A DNA stretch of 64,000 nucleotides, taken from contig JBEIPA010000004.1 of assembly GCA_040377305.1 (NCBI GenBank), forward strand, positions 128,001-192,000, read 5' to 3'. Under the pieces are notes generated by a model, which did not search any database, was not told the origin of the DNA, and saw only the letters and a program-made list of their open reading frames with translations. Positions within the stretch are counted from its first letter, which is position 1, and each line of letters begins with the position of its first letter. This DNA comes from Flavobacteriales bacterium. GTDB taxonomy: Bacteria; Bacteroidota; Bacteroidia; Palsa-965. Of the stretch, positions 20,449 to 30,396 are shown piece by piece. Made by a program: the position numbers and the translations under genes.

Positions 20449-21795
20449 ATGGGAAAACAACTGCTGCTCGAACACATCGACGCTCCGGGAATTGCAACCC
20501 TGAACGGTTACAAAGCAAACGGCGGATATCGCGGGCTTGAGAAAGCACTCAAGATGAATCCTGCTGATATCGTTGAAGAAGTTAAGAAGTCTGGATTGCG
20601 CGGTCGCGGTGGTGCAGGATTTCCTACGGGAATGAAATGGAGCTTCATCGCAAAACCGGAAGGCGTTCCGCGTCACCTCGTTTGTAACGCAGACGAATCA
20701 GAGCCGGGAACTTTCAAAGATCGTTTCCTGATGGAGAAGAAACCGCACATTCTCATTGAGGGAATGATCATTTCTTCTTTCGCGCTCGGTGCAAACGTTT
20801 CGTACATCTACATCCGCGGAGAGTTGATGTATGTATACCACATTCTCGAAAAAGCAATTGCTGAAGCATACGAAGCAGGTTACCTCGGAAAGAACATCAT
20901 GGGAACAGGATACGATCTTGATCTCTACGTTCAGCCGGGTGGTGGCGCATACATCTGCGGAGAAGAAACGGCACTCATCGAATCACTTGAAGGAAAACGT
21001 GGCAACCCGCGCATCAAACCACCATTCCCCGCAGTAAGCGGTGTATGGGGACGTCCTACTGTTGTAAACAACGTGGAGACAATTGCAGCAACGGTTCCAA
21101 TTATCAACGACGGTGGTGAGGCGTACGCGAAGATCGGTATCGGTAAATCTACCGGAACCAAATTGATCTCTGCTTGCGGGCACATCAACAAACCCGGCGT
21201 ATATGAAATCGAGATGGGAATCACCGTGGAAGATTTCATTTACTCCAACGAATATTGCGGTGGAATTCGCAACGGAAAAAAACTGAAGGCAGTTGTTGCC
21301 GGCGGTTCTTCTGTTCCGATTCTTCCTGCTGATTTGATTCTCACCACTGCAAAAGGTGAAAAGCGTTTGATGAGTTACGAATCACTTGCCGATGGTGGTT
21401 TCCAATCGGGAACGATGCTCGGATCGGGTGGATTCATCGTGATGGACGAAACAGCTTCTGTTGTAAAGAACCTGTGGAATTTCACGCGCTTTTATCACCA
21501 CGAAAGTTGCGGACAATGTTCTCCTTGTCGCGAAGGAACAGGATGGATGGAAAAAATCCTCCACCGCATTCTCGACGGACACGGAAAACAAAGCGATGTT
21601 GATTTGCTCTGGGACATTCAAACCAAAATCGACGGAAAAACTATTTGTCCGTTGGGCGATGCAGCTTCATGGCCGGTAGCAAGTGCAATCCGTCACTTCC
21701 GTTCTGAATTCGAAGACTACATCAAGAATCCAGCGAACATCAAAGACGAAAAACATTACTACAATCTGCGCAACGAAAAAGCTCCGGTTGTTTAA
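20449..21795 (+). CDS. nuoF: NADH-quinone oxidoreductase subunit F
   Basis: GLRGRGGAGFPTG, NADESEPG, YICGEETAL, ESCGQCSPCREG. Confidence 0.98.
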   Translation: MGKQLLLEHIDAPGIATLNGYKANGGYRGLEKALKMNPADIVEEVKKSGLRGRGGAGFPTGMKWSFIAKPEGVPRHLVCNADESEPGTFKDRFLMEKKPHILIEGMIISSFALGANVSYIYIRGELMYVYHILEKAIAEAYEAGYLGKNIMGTGYDLDLYVQPGGGAYICGEETALIESLEGKRGNPRIKPPFPAVSGVWGRPTVVNNVETIAATVPIINDGGEAYAKIGIGKSTGTKLISACGHINKPGVYEIEMGITVEDFIYSNEYCGGIRNGKKLKAVVAGGSSVPILPADLILTTAKGEKRLMSYESLADGGFQSGTMLGSGGFIVMDETASVVKNLWNFTRFYHHESCGQCSPCREGTGWMEKILHRILDGHGKQSDVDLLWDIQTKIDGKTICPLGDAASWPVASAIRHFRSEFEDYIKNPANIKDEKHYYNLRNEKAPVV

Positions 21796-21853
21796 CAATA
21801 CACATTACATCTTTGTGTCTTTGTGCACTTAGTGGTAAAAAAGAAAATTAGAG

Positions 21854-22846
21854 ATGCCAATAGTAACGATAGACGGTAAGCAGATTGATGTTCCGAAAGG
21901 CACAACAATTTTACAAGCTGCCCGCATGCTCGGACAGGACGTTGCTCCACCGGCAATGTGTTATTACTCCAAGCTGAAAACATCCGGCGGTTATTGCCGC
22001 ACGTGCATCGTTCGCGTAACGAAGATGAACACGCAGAATCCAAATCCAATGCCGAAACCTGTTGCGTCTTGTCGCACAGAAGTAATGGACGGAATGGAAG
22101 TTGTGAATTTCACTTCTGAACAGGTGCTCGAAGATCGCAAAGGTGTTGTAGAGTTTCTGTTGATCAATCACCCGCTCGATTGCCCGGTGTGCGATCAGGC
22201 TGGAGAATGTCATCTCCAGGATCTCGGCTACGAAAACGGCGCAGAAGGAACACGCTACGATTTCGAACGCCGCGAGTTTGAAATGGAGGATATCGGTCCG
22301 TATATCAAACTACACATGAATCGCTGCATCCTGTGTTACCGTTGTGTGCACACTGCTGATCAGCTCACAGAGAAACGCGTTCACGGTGTAATGAATCGCG
22401 GAGATGTTTCTGAAATCTCAACATACATTCAGAATTCAATCGATAACGAATTCTCCGGAAATATCATTGACGTTTGTCCTGTAGGTGCGTTGACCGATAA
22501 AACATTCCGCTTCAAGAGCCGTGTTTGGTTTACGAAGCCGGTTGATGCGAATCGTAAATGCACAAAGTGTACAGGTAACGTTCGCCTCTGGTTCAAAGGA
22601 AACGAAGTGTTGCGCGTAACCGGTCGTAAAGACCAGTGGGGCGAAGTGATTGAATGGATCTGCAACGATTGCCGCTTCGATCACAAGAATCTTTCCGATT
22701 GGAATATCGAAGGACCAAGTGCAATCAGTCACCACTCGGTTATTTCACAAGGACATTACGAGTTGCAGAAACTCAAACTCGATACCGGACGCCAGATCAA
22801 GAATCTGAAAGAAGGAAAACAGAAAAAAGAATCCGCTAAGAAGTAA
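21854..22846 (+). CDS. nuoG: NADH-quinone oxidoreductase subunit G, short Fe-S-only form
   Basis: GYCRTC, NHPLDCPVCDQAGEC, RCILCYRC, CPVGAL; only 330 aa. Confidence 0.95.
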   Translation: MPIVTIDGKQIDVPKGTTILQAARMLGQDVAPPAMCYYSKLKTSGGYCRTCIVRVTKMNTQNPNPMPKPVASCRTEVMDGMEVVNFTSEQVLEDRKGVVEFLLINHPLDCPVCDQAGECHLQDLGYENGAEGTRYDFERREFEMEDIGPYIKLHMNRCILCYRCVHTADQLTEKRVHGVMNRGDVSEISTYIQNSIDNEFSGNIIDVCPVGALTDKTFRFKSRVWFTKPVDANRKCTKCTGNVRLWFKGNEVLRVTGRKDQWGEVIEWICNDCRFDHKNLSDWNIEGPSAISHHSVISQGHYELQKLKLDTGRQIKNLKEGKQKKESAKK

Positions 22847-22847
22847 T

Positions 22848-23909
22848 ATGCACAACCAAATCATACTCATGACGTTTTCCTGGTGGCCCGCGATTCTCGC
22901 AGTCATCGTGTTTGGCGTTACGCTGGTAACAGCAATGTATTCTACGTACGCGGAACGCAAGTTCGCTGCATTCTTTCAGGATCGTCTCGGACCAAACCGT
23001 GCAGGTCCTTTCGGATTACTTCAGCCGCTCGCAGATGGCGTGAAGATGTTCATGAAGGAAGAAATCATTCCGAGTGTATCGAATAAATTCCTCTTCATTC
23101 TCGGTCCTTGCTTGTTCATGATCACGTCGTTGATGACAAGCGCTGTAATTCCATGGGGTCCGGCGCTAACAATTGGTGGCGAGACTTACGCCTTGCAGGT
23201 TGCTGATGTAAACATTGCGGTGCTTTATCTCTTTGGTGTTGTTTCGATTGGAGTTTATGGAATCATGATCGGTGGTTGGGCATCGAACAACAAGTTTGCG
23301 CTCCTCGGTTCATTGCGTGCAGCATCGCAAATGATCAGCTACGAAGTGGCAATGGGAATTTCCGTTGTAACGCTCATCATGTTCACCGGCACGCTCAGCA
23401 CTTCTGAAATTGCAAATCAACAGCACGGGTTCTGGGACGACGGATTCTTCACTTGGAACTTCTTCAAGAATCCGGTTACGTTCCTCATCTTCTTCATTTG
23501 CGCGCTAGCTGAAACAAACCGCGCACCTTTCGATCTTCCGGAATCAGAAACAGAATTGATCGGTGGATATCACACCGAGTTCTCTTCTATGAAACTCGGC
23601 TTGTATCTCTTCGCTGAATACATTAACATGTTTGTTTCTTCTGCGGTCATGGCTTTATTCTTCTTCGGAGGATTCAACTACCCGTGGATGGACGAAATCG
23701 CAAATCCCAACGTGCAGGCACTCATTGGTGTTGGCGTCATGTTCGCGAAAACCGTATTCTTCATCTTCGTGTTCATGTGGATTCGCTGGACCATTCCGCG
23801 TTTCCGTTATGATCAGTTGATGCATCTCGGATGGAAAATATTAATCCCGTTCTCGTTGGTGAATCTTGTTGTACAAGGTTTCATTATGTACGGAATGGGG
23901 ATGTTGTAA
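22848..23909 (+). CDS. nuoH: NADH-quinone oxidoreductase subunit H
   Basis: QDRLGPNRAG, AETNRAPFDLPE, RFRYDQLM. Confidence 0.98.
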   Translation: MHNQIILMTFSWWPAILAVIVFGVTLVTAMYSTYAERKFAAFFQDRLGPNRAGPFGLLQPLADGVKMFMKEEIIPSVSNKFLFILGPCLFMITSLMTSAVIPWGPALTIGGETYALQVADVNIAVLYLFGVVSIGVYGIMIGGWASNNKFALLGSLRAASQMISYEVAMGISVVTLIMFTGTLSTSEIANQQHGFWDDGFFTWNFFKNPVTFLIFFICALAETNRAPFDLPESETELIGGYHTEFSSMKLGLYLFAEYINMFVSSAVMALFFFGGFNYPWMDEIANPNVQALIGVGVMFAKTVFFIFVFMWIRWTIPRFRYDQLMHLGWKILIPFSLVNLVVQGFIMYGMGML

Positions 23910-23960
23910 ACTTGCCCTGAGCTTGTAGAAGGGTTATAAATGTCAATTATCAAATCGTAA

Positions 23961-24578
23961 ATGATTCAGCTAACAAATAGATCGAAACAAGTTGTCGACA
24001 AGAAGATGACCTTCCTTGAGAAGCTCTATCTCCCGGCAATTCTTGGCGGAATGCGGATCACGTTTTCGCATTTTTTCAAAAAGTCGGTGACGATCAGTTA
24101 TCCCGAAGAGAAGCGACCTATCAGTGAAGTATATCGCGGGCAGCACGTACTGAAGCGCGATGAGAAAGGTGCGGAGCGTTGCACTGCGTGTGGTTTGTGC
24201 GCTGTGGCTTGTCCTGCTGAAGCAATCACCATGGTGGCTGCTGAGCGCAAGAAGGGCGAAGAACATTTGTACCGTGAAGAAAAATACGCTGCTGTTTACG
24301 ACATCAATATGCTCCGCTGCATTTTCTGCGGACTGTGTGAAGAAGCGTGTCCGAAAGAAGCGATCTTCCTTACCGATCGTCTCGTGCCTGTTGAATTTGA
24401 ACGCAGCGATTCTGTTTACGGAAAAGATAAGCTTGTAGAAGGAGTTGAACCGCAGAAGCGCATTGATGTTTCAAAACGCCAGACAACAGAAGTTGCCGAG
24501 TTTAAAACGAATCCGGAATACGCACACAATAAGTTGTGGGACCCGAATAAGTCGTTGACTAAAAAGAAAGCCCACTAA
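23961..24578 (+). CDS. nuoI: NADH-quinone oxidoreductase subunit I
   Basis: CTACGLCAVACP and CIFCGLCEEACP. Confidence 0.97.
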   Translation: MIQLTNRSKQVVDKKMTFLEKLYLPAILGGMRITFSHFFKKSVTISYPEEKRPISEVYRGQHVLKRDEKGAERCTACGLCAVACPAEAITMVAAERKKGEEHLYREEKYAAVYDINMLRCIFCGLCEEACPKEAIFLTDRLVPVEFERSDSVYGKDKLVEGVEPQKRIDVSKRQTTEVAEFKTNPEYAHNKLWDPNKSLTKKKAH

Positions 24579-24596
24579 ACCGCATAGTTACCCGAT

Positions 24597-25106
24597 ATGA
24601 ATCTATCCGTTACTGAAATCCTATTTGGCATATTGTCGTTCATGGCGATACTGAGCGGGATCTGTGTAATCTTCAGCAAGAACCCGGTGTTCAGCGTGCT
24701 GTATCTGATTGTCACCTTCTTTTGCATCGCAGGACACTACATTCTGTTGAATGCGCAATTCCTTGCAGTGGTTCACATCATCGTGTATGGCGGAGCAATT
24801 ATGGTATTGTTCCTCTTCGTCATCATGATGCTCAACCTGAACAAAGAAACAGAACCGCATAAGCCGGCCTGGATTCAGATCGCTGCTGTAATCGGCGGAG
24901 GCATGCTCATGCTTACACTCGTTGGTGCTTTGAAAGGCGCTTCAGCAATGGGATTGCCAACCAACGTCGACTCAGGAATCGGACTCACACGAAACCTGGG
25001 CCAGGTACTCTTCACTGAATTTCTGGTACCATTCGAACTTTCATCCGTACTCTTCCTCTCAGCAATGGTTGGCGCCGTTCTGTTAGGTAAAAAACAAGCA
25101 CAATAA
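24597..25106 (+). CDS. nuoJ: NADH-quinone oxidoreductase subunit J
   Basis: VYGGAIMVLFLFVIMML, PFELSS. Confidence 0.97.
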   Translation: MNLSVTEILFGILSFMAILSGICVIFSKNPVFSVLYLIVTFFCIAGHYILLNAQFLAVVHIIVYGGAIMVLFLFVIMMLNLNKETEPHKPAWIQIAAVIGGGMLMLTLVGALKGASAMGLPTNVDSGIGLTRNLGQVLFTEFLVPFELSSVLFLSAMVGAVLLGKKQAQ

Positions 25107-25107
25107 T

Positions 25108-25425
25108 ATGTCAGCAATACAGGTAATTCCTCTCAACTGGTACATCGCACTCAGCGCCATTCTTTTCGGAATGGGCGTAATGGGTGTTCTGTTCCGTCGT
25201 AACGCTATCATCATTCTTATGTGCGTCGAACTCATGCTGAATGCTGCGAACCTTTTGCTGGTTGCGTTTTCAGCGTATCATAACAACGCAGGCGCACAAG
25301 TGTTTGTGTTTTTCATCATGGCCGTAGCCGCAGCAGAAGTTGCAGTCGGACTAGCCATTCTGATCATGATCTATCGTAACACGAAAAGTACTGACATCAA
25401 CTTCCTCAATAAACTGAAGTGGTAA
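25108..25425 (+). CDS. nuoK: NADH-quinone oxidoreductase subunit K
   Basis: ELMLNAAN, AAAEVAVGLA. Confidence 0.98.
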   Translation: MSAIQVIPLNWYIALSAILFGMGVMGVLFRRNAIIILMCVELMLNAANLLLVAFSAYHNNAGAQVFVFFIMAVAAAEVAVGLAILIMIYRNTKSTDINFLNKLKW

Positions 25426-25438
25426 TTCATTAAAGCGT

Positions 25439-27349
25439 ATGATTCAATTTTCCTGGCTTATTCCTCTTCTCCCACTGCTCGGCTTCACCATAATCGGGCT
25501 GGCTGGCAAGAGACTTTCTAAAGCAATGGTAAATGCCGTTGCCTGCGGAAGCATTTTACTCGCGTTCGGAATTTCTTTCCTCGTATTCTTCGAGCTGAAA
25601 GGAACGCAACACATCGTTGATGTTTTCCAGTGGATCAATGCCGGACAGATGAACATCGGGTTCTCTTTCCAGATCGATTCGCTCTCGTGTTTATTCATGC
25701 TCATCATTACGGGTATCGGATTCCTCATTCACGTGTACTCAACGGGATACATGCACGATGACGAAGGCTACAACCGCTACTTCTCTTACCTGAATCTTTT
25801 CGTGTTCTTCATGTTGCTCCTCGTAATGGGAAGCAATTACATCATCATGTTCGTTGGTTGGGAAGGTGTTGGATTGTGCTCGTACCTCCTCATCGGATTC
25901 TGGTTCAAGAAAACAGAATACAACAACGCTGCAAAGAAAGCTTTCATCGTTAACCGTATCGGTGACCTTGCGTTCCTCATCGCTTTGTTCATGATCTACT
26001 TCAAATTCCAGACGTTCGATTACAACGAAGTGTTTGAACTCGCACACAAGAACGCGTACAACAAAGAGTTCCTGAATGCAGTTGGAATCCTCCTCTTCAT
26101 TGGAGCCTGCGGTAAGTCGGCACAGATTCCATTGTACACCTGGCTTCCGGATGCAATGGCGGGCCCAACTCCTGTATCTGCACTCATCCACGCTGCAACT
26201 ATGGTTACGTCCGGCATCTACATGATCACGCGTTCTGCTGTTATCTATGCAAATGCTCCGGTGGCCAGTGAAGTAGTTGCAATTGTTGGTTTGCTTACAG
26301 CACTTTTCGCTGCGACAATCGGATTGTTCCAGAACGACATTAAAAAAGTGCTCGCCTATTCAACAGTCAGCCAGCTCGGACTAATGTTCCTCGGACTTGG
26401 TGTTGGTGCATTCACGGGTGGAGTTTTCCACGTGATGACACACGCTTTCTTCAAGGCGCTGTTGTTCCTCTGTGCAGGATCTGTGATTCACGCAATGAGC
26501 GGAGAACAAGACATCCGCAAAATGGGCGGATTGAAAAAAGTACTTCCGATTACGCATCTTACTTTTCTAATCGGCACTCTTGCGATTTCCGGCTTACCTC
26601 CATTCTCTGGTTTCTTCTCGAAAGATGAAATTCTTGCAGGAGCGTACGAACACAATCAGCTCTATTGGTTACTTGGTGTCATCGCTTCTATCATGACTGC
26701 ATTCTACATGTTCCGCTTGTACTTCCTTACTTTCTATGGTGACTTCCGCGGAACACAACATCAAAAGGAACATTTGCACGAGTCACCAAAGAGTATGACT
26801 GTTCCGTTAATGGTCCTTGCAGTACTTGCAGCACTTGGCGGATTTGTAGGAATGCCTGATGGATTCCTTGGAATTCATTCCGTGAAGCACGTGCTGCATG
26901 GATACTTGAGTTCAACGTATGATGATGGGTTCGCCGGAACATGGATTGGTGGAGCTGCACACTTCAATGCACACGAAGCTTTGCTCATGATTCTTGCTGT
27001 CGGAGGTGCACTCGCTGCAATCTATTTCGCGTACATGATGTACCGCAAACACGGCGTGTTACCTGATGCGTCTGAGGCAACAATGAGCAAAACTCATCGC
27101 ACCGTTTACAACAAATACTACGTCGATGAGATTTACGATGCAATCATCCGCAAACCACTCGACAAAATTTCTGATTACACCTACCGCTTCTTCGAAATCA
27201 AAGTAGTAGACAGTTTCGTGAACGGCATTGGAACTATGACACGACGTGCAGGTGATGTTGTGAAGCTCATGCAGGCCGGAACACTCGGCTTCTATGTATT
27301 TGCAATGACCATCGCGGTGATTCTCATTTTCGCTTACAAATTTTTCTGA
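25439..27349 (+). CDS. nuoL: NADH-quinone oxidoreductase subunit L
   Basis: GKSAQIPLYTWLPDAMAGPTPVSALIHAATMV. Confidence 0.98.
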   Translation: MIQFSWLIPLLPLLGFTIIGLAGKRLSKAMVNAVACGSILLAFGISFLVFFELKGTQHIVDVFQWINAGQMNIGFSFQIDSLSCLFMLIITGIGFLIHVYSTGYMHDDEGYNRYFSYLNLFVFFMLLLVMGSNYIIMFVGWEGVGLCSYLLIGFWFKKTEYNNAAKKAFIVNRIGDLAFLIALFMIYFKFQTFDYNEVFELAHKNAYNKEFLNAVGILLFIGACGKSAQIPLYTWLPDAMAGPTPVSALIHAATMVTSGIYMITRSAVIYANAPVASEVVAIVGLLTALFAATIGLFQNDIKKVLAYSTVSQLGLMFLGLGVGAFTGGVFHVMTHAFFKALLFLCAGSVIHAMSGEQDIRKMGGLKKVLPITHLTFLIGTLAISGLPPFSGFFSKDEILAGAYEHNQLYWLLGVIASIMTAFYMFRLYFLTFYGDFRGTQHQKEHLHESPKSMTVPLMVLAVLAALGGFVGMPDGFLGIHSVKHVLHGYLSSTYDDGFAGTWIGGAAHFNAHEALLMILAVGGALAAIYFAYMMYRKHGVLPDASEATMSKTHRTVYNKYYVDEIYDAIIRKPLDKISDYTYRFFEIKVVDSFVNGIGTMTRRAGDVVKLMQAGTLGFYVFAMTIAVILIFAYKFF

Positions 27350-27368
27350 TCAGCATACTGAATAAGTT

Positions 27369-28880
27369 ATGATAACAGCATTATTAATCGGTCTACCGCT
27401 CGTTGCAGCACTCCTCCTACTCTTTTCGAGTGGAGAAGGTGCAAAGAAGATTGCGCTGCTTGCAGGAGTTGCCGAACTCGGTCTCGCGATTTTCGCCTTC
27501 TGGTTCATGCGCACTGCACCACGCGATGAAGTTTATGTTGGCAGAATGATGATGGATGTTCCGTGGATTCAATCCATTGGCGTTCACTTCAACGTTGGTC
27601 TCGACGGCATCAGCATGGTGCTCGTATTGCTTACTGCGTTCCTTGTGCCTTTGATTATCCTCAGCGGATTTGAAAAGAAATACGAGAACCCTTCTCTCTT
27701 CTACGCGCTCATGCTGTTCATGCAAATGGCACTTGTTGGCGTGTTCGTTGCAAAAGACGGATTCCTCTTCTACGTCTTCTGGGAACTCGCACTGATTCCG
27801 ATTTACTTCATATGCTTATTGTGGGGCGGAGAAAATCGCCGCAAGATTACATTCAAATTCTTCGTGTACACACTCGCAGGAAGTTTATTCATGCTCGCTG
27901 CATTAATCTTGCTGTACATGAATACTCCGATTAACGTTGCTGGCACGCATTCATTTGCAATTGATGCGCTGTATGATGCTGGTCAACACGTCTTGAGTCC
28001 AACAGAACAGGCTTGTGTCTTCTGGGGTTTCTTCCTGGCGTTCGCAATCAAGATGCCGATATTTCCTTTCCACACCTGGCAACCGGATACATACGTAACT
28101 GCTCCTACCCAAGGAACCATGTTGCTTTCCGGAATTATGCTGAAGATGGGAACATACGGAGTTCTTCGCTGGATGTTGCCAATGACTCCGGAAGCGTTCA
28201 GTACGTACGCACCAATTGTTGTCGGACTTTCAGTAGCAAGTGTCGTGTACGCATCGTGCCTGGCAATCGTCCAGAAAGATTTCAAGCGACTTATTGCATA
28301 TTCTTCAATTGCCCACGTAGGATTAATCGCTGCAGGACTTTTCGCGTTCAACATGAAGTCGGGTGCAACAGAAGGTTTGAGTGGCGCTCTGATGCAGATG
28401 TTTGCACACGGTGTGAACGTTGTTGGTTTGTTCTTCATTGCTGATATCATTCTGAACAAAACCGGCACACGTGAAATGAACAAGCTCGGCGGAATCAGAA
28501 ATGTTTCTCCTCAGTTTGCCGCGATGTTCCTCATCATTCTGCTTGGATCAGTTGCGCTTCCATTGACGAACGGATTCGTTGGAGAATTCCTGTTGTTGAA
28601 TGGAATTTACCAATACAGCGCATGGGCTTGTGCAATTGCCGGTCTCACTGTAATTCTCGGAGCAGTTTATATGTTGCGCAGTTATCAGGTTGTCATGCTT
28701 GGAGAAACGAACAGCGTTACCTCCGGATTCGCAGCATTAACAGGAAATGAAAAAGCAGTGTTGCTCATTGTGTGCGCAGCAGTGTTGGCGTTCGGTGTGT
28801 ATCCGAAACCACTTCTCGATATTATGCAGGCAGATGTGCAGAACCTCGCAGCGTTCATCACGTCGAATGCAAAACCTTAG
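27369..28880 (+). CDS. nuoM: NADH-quinone oxidoreductase subunit M
   Basis: FYVFWE, KMPIFPFHTW, LKMGTYG, AYSSIAH. Confidence 0.97.
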   Translation: MITALLIGLPLVAALLLLFSSGEGAKKIALLAGVAELGLAIFAFWFMRTAPRDEVYVGRMMMDVPWIQSIGVHFNVGLDGISMVLVLLTAFLVPLIILSGFEKKYENPSLFYALMLFMQMALVGVFVAKDGFLFYVFWELALIPIYFICLLWGGENRRKITFKFFVYTLAGSLFMLAALILLYMNTPINVAGTHSFAIDALYDAGQHVLSPTEQACVFWGFFLAFAIKMPIFPFHTWQPDTYVTAPTQGTMLLSGIMLKMGTYGVLRWMLPMTPEAFSTYAPIVVGLSVASVVYASCLAIVQKDFKRLIAYSSIAHVGLIAAGLFAFNMKSGATEGLSGALMQMFAHGVNVVGLFFIADIILNKTGTREMNKLGGIRNVSPQFAAMFLIILLGSVALPLTNGFVGEFLLLNGIYQYSAWACAIAGLTVILGAVYMLRSYQVVMLGETNSVTSGFAALTGNEKAVLLIVCAAVLAFGVYPKPLLDIMQADVQNLAAFITSNAKP

Positions 28881-28928
28881 AACATTAGCCTGCCCGACTT
28901 AACGAAGGCGGGCGTACCGAATTAAGAT

Positions 28929-30353
28929 ATGAAAGCAATTCTTTTACTCTCCGGACTAGGCGTACTCGCGCTTTTCGCAGAACTGTTCAAGTTCCGCAAA
29001 GCGCTATTCCCGCTTGTCATCCTAGGACTTCTCGGCACAATCGCCACTGCAGTTTCTTATTGGTGGTTCGATGACGGCGAATACGCGAAGTACTTCGGCA
29101 ACATGGTGAACTTCGAAGGTTCTTCGGTTGTTACCTCGGTAGTCATCCTTGGAACTGCACTGCTGTGGTTCATCATGTCAGGAAAATACCTGAGCACGGA
29201 AACTTCGGAAACAGATCACACGGCACTAATTATGTTCTCGCTGGTAGGTGCACTCATTCTCACCTGCTATACAAACATGGTGATGCTCTTCCTTGGAATT
29301 GAAATCCTTTCTATTCCGCTGTACGTGCTCGCGGGCAGCCGCAAGAATGAACCGGGCTCACAAGAAGCTGCGTTCAAGTATTTCATGTTAGGCGCTTTTG
29401 CATCTGGCTTTCTCTTGTTCGGAATTGCACTCGTGTTTGGCGCAACCGGAACATTCGACGGTAATGCAATGGGCAATTACATCATCGAGAACAAAGCAAC
29501 ACTTCCGGGATTCTTCTACGGAGGTGTGATTATGATTTTGGTTGGATTGCTTTTCAAAATTGGTGCCGCTCCATTCCACTTCTGGGCCCCGGATGTTTAT
29601 CAAGGTTCTCCTACCGTGTTCACCGCTTTCATGGCGACGGTTGTGAAGACTGCTGCAATTGTTGCAATCCTCCGTCTCTTCCACACCAAAATGCTGGGTG
29701 GTGTTTCTGATTTCTGGATTCCTATTCTTGCGATCTGTGTTGGACTCACATTCGTCATCGGAAATCTTTCTGCAGCCGTACAAACGAGTGTGAAGCGTAT
29801 GCTCGCATTCTCGAGTATTTCTCACGCTGGATTTTTATTACTTGCAATTGTTGCTGCATCAGCATTCACACCGAAAGCAATCATCTTCTACACGATCGCG
29901 TATTCGGTTGCATCTATCCTTGCGTTCACCGTTCTTATCAGCGTAATCCGCGCAACTGGAAAAGATGAAGTAGACGGCTTCAACGGACTCGGAAAGAAAA
30001 ATCCCCTACTCGCTGTTGTGATGTGCATTTCACTGTTGTCGCTCGCCGGTATTCCGCCAACCGCCGGATTCTTCGCGAAGTATTATGTACTCACTGCTGC
30101 AATCGGTAGTGGCCACTATTGGCTGGCAATCATCGGAATTCTTTCTTCACTCGTTGGCGTGTATTACTACTTCAAGATCATCATCGCGATGTACTTCAAA
30201 GAAGCGAAAGAAGAATTGGAATACACTTCCGATGCACAACATCAGGCTTTGCTTTTCATTACCGCAGTCGCAACAATTGTACTCGGATTGCTTCCTGATC
30301 TCATTCTGAATATCGGTTCACCAGCAGTAGTTGTTGCGGACGCGATTCAGTAA
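28929..30353 (+). CDS. nuoN: NADH-quinone oxidoreductase subunit N
   Basis: EAAFKYF, FKIGAAPFHFWAPDVYQG, GIPPTAGFFAK. Confidence 0.97.
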   Translation: MKAILLLSGLGVLALFAELFKFRKALFPLVILGLLGTIATAVSYWWFDDGEYAKYFGNMVNFEGSSVVTSVVILGTALLWFIMSGKYLSTETSETDHTALIMFSLVGALILTCYTNMVMLFLGIEILSIPLYVLAGSRKNEPGSQEAAFKYFMLGAFASGFLLFGIALVFGATGTFDGNAMGNYIIENKATLPGFFYGGVIMILVGLLFKIGAAPFHFWAPDVYQGSPTVFTAFMATVVKTAAIVAILRLFHTKMLGGVSDFWIPILAICVGLTFVIGNLSAAVQTSVKRMLAFSSISHAGFLLLAIVAASAFTPKAIIFYTIAYSVASILAFTVLISVIRATGKDEVDGFNGLGKKNPLLAVVMCISLLSLAGIPPTAGFFAKYYVLTAAIGSGHYWLAIIGILSSLVGVYYYFKIIIAMYFKEAKEELEYTSDAQHQALLFITAVATIVLGLLPDLILNIGSPAVVVADAIQ

Positions 30354-30396
30354 TAGCATACTCGCCTGCATGTGCAGGTTGAAATAATTCTCGCCA

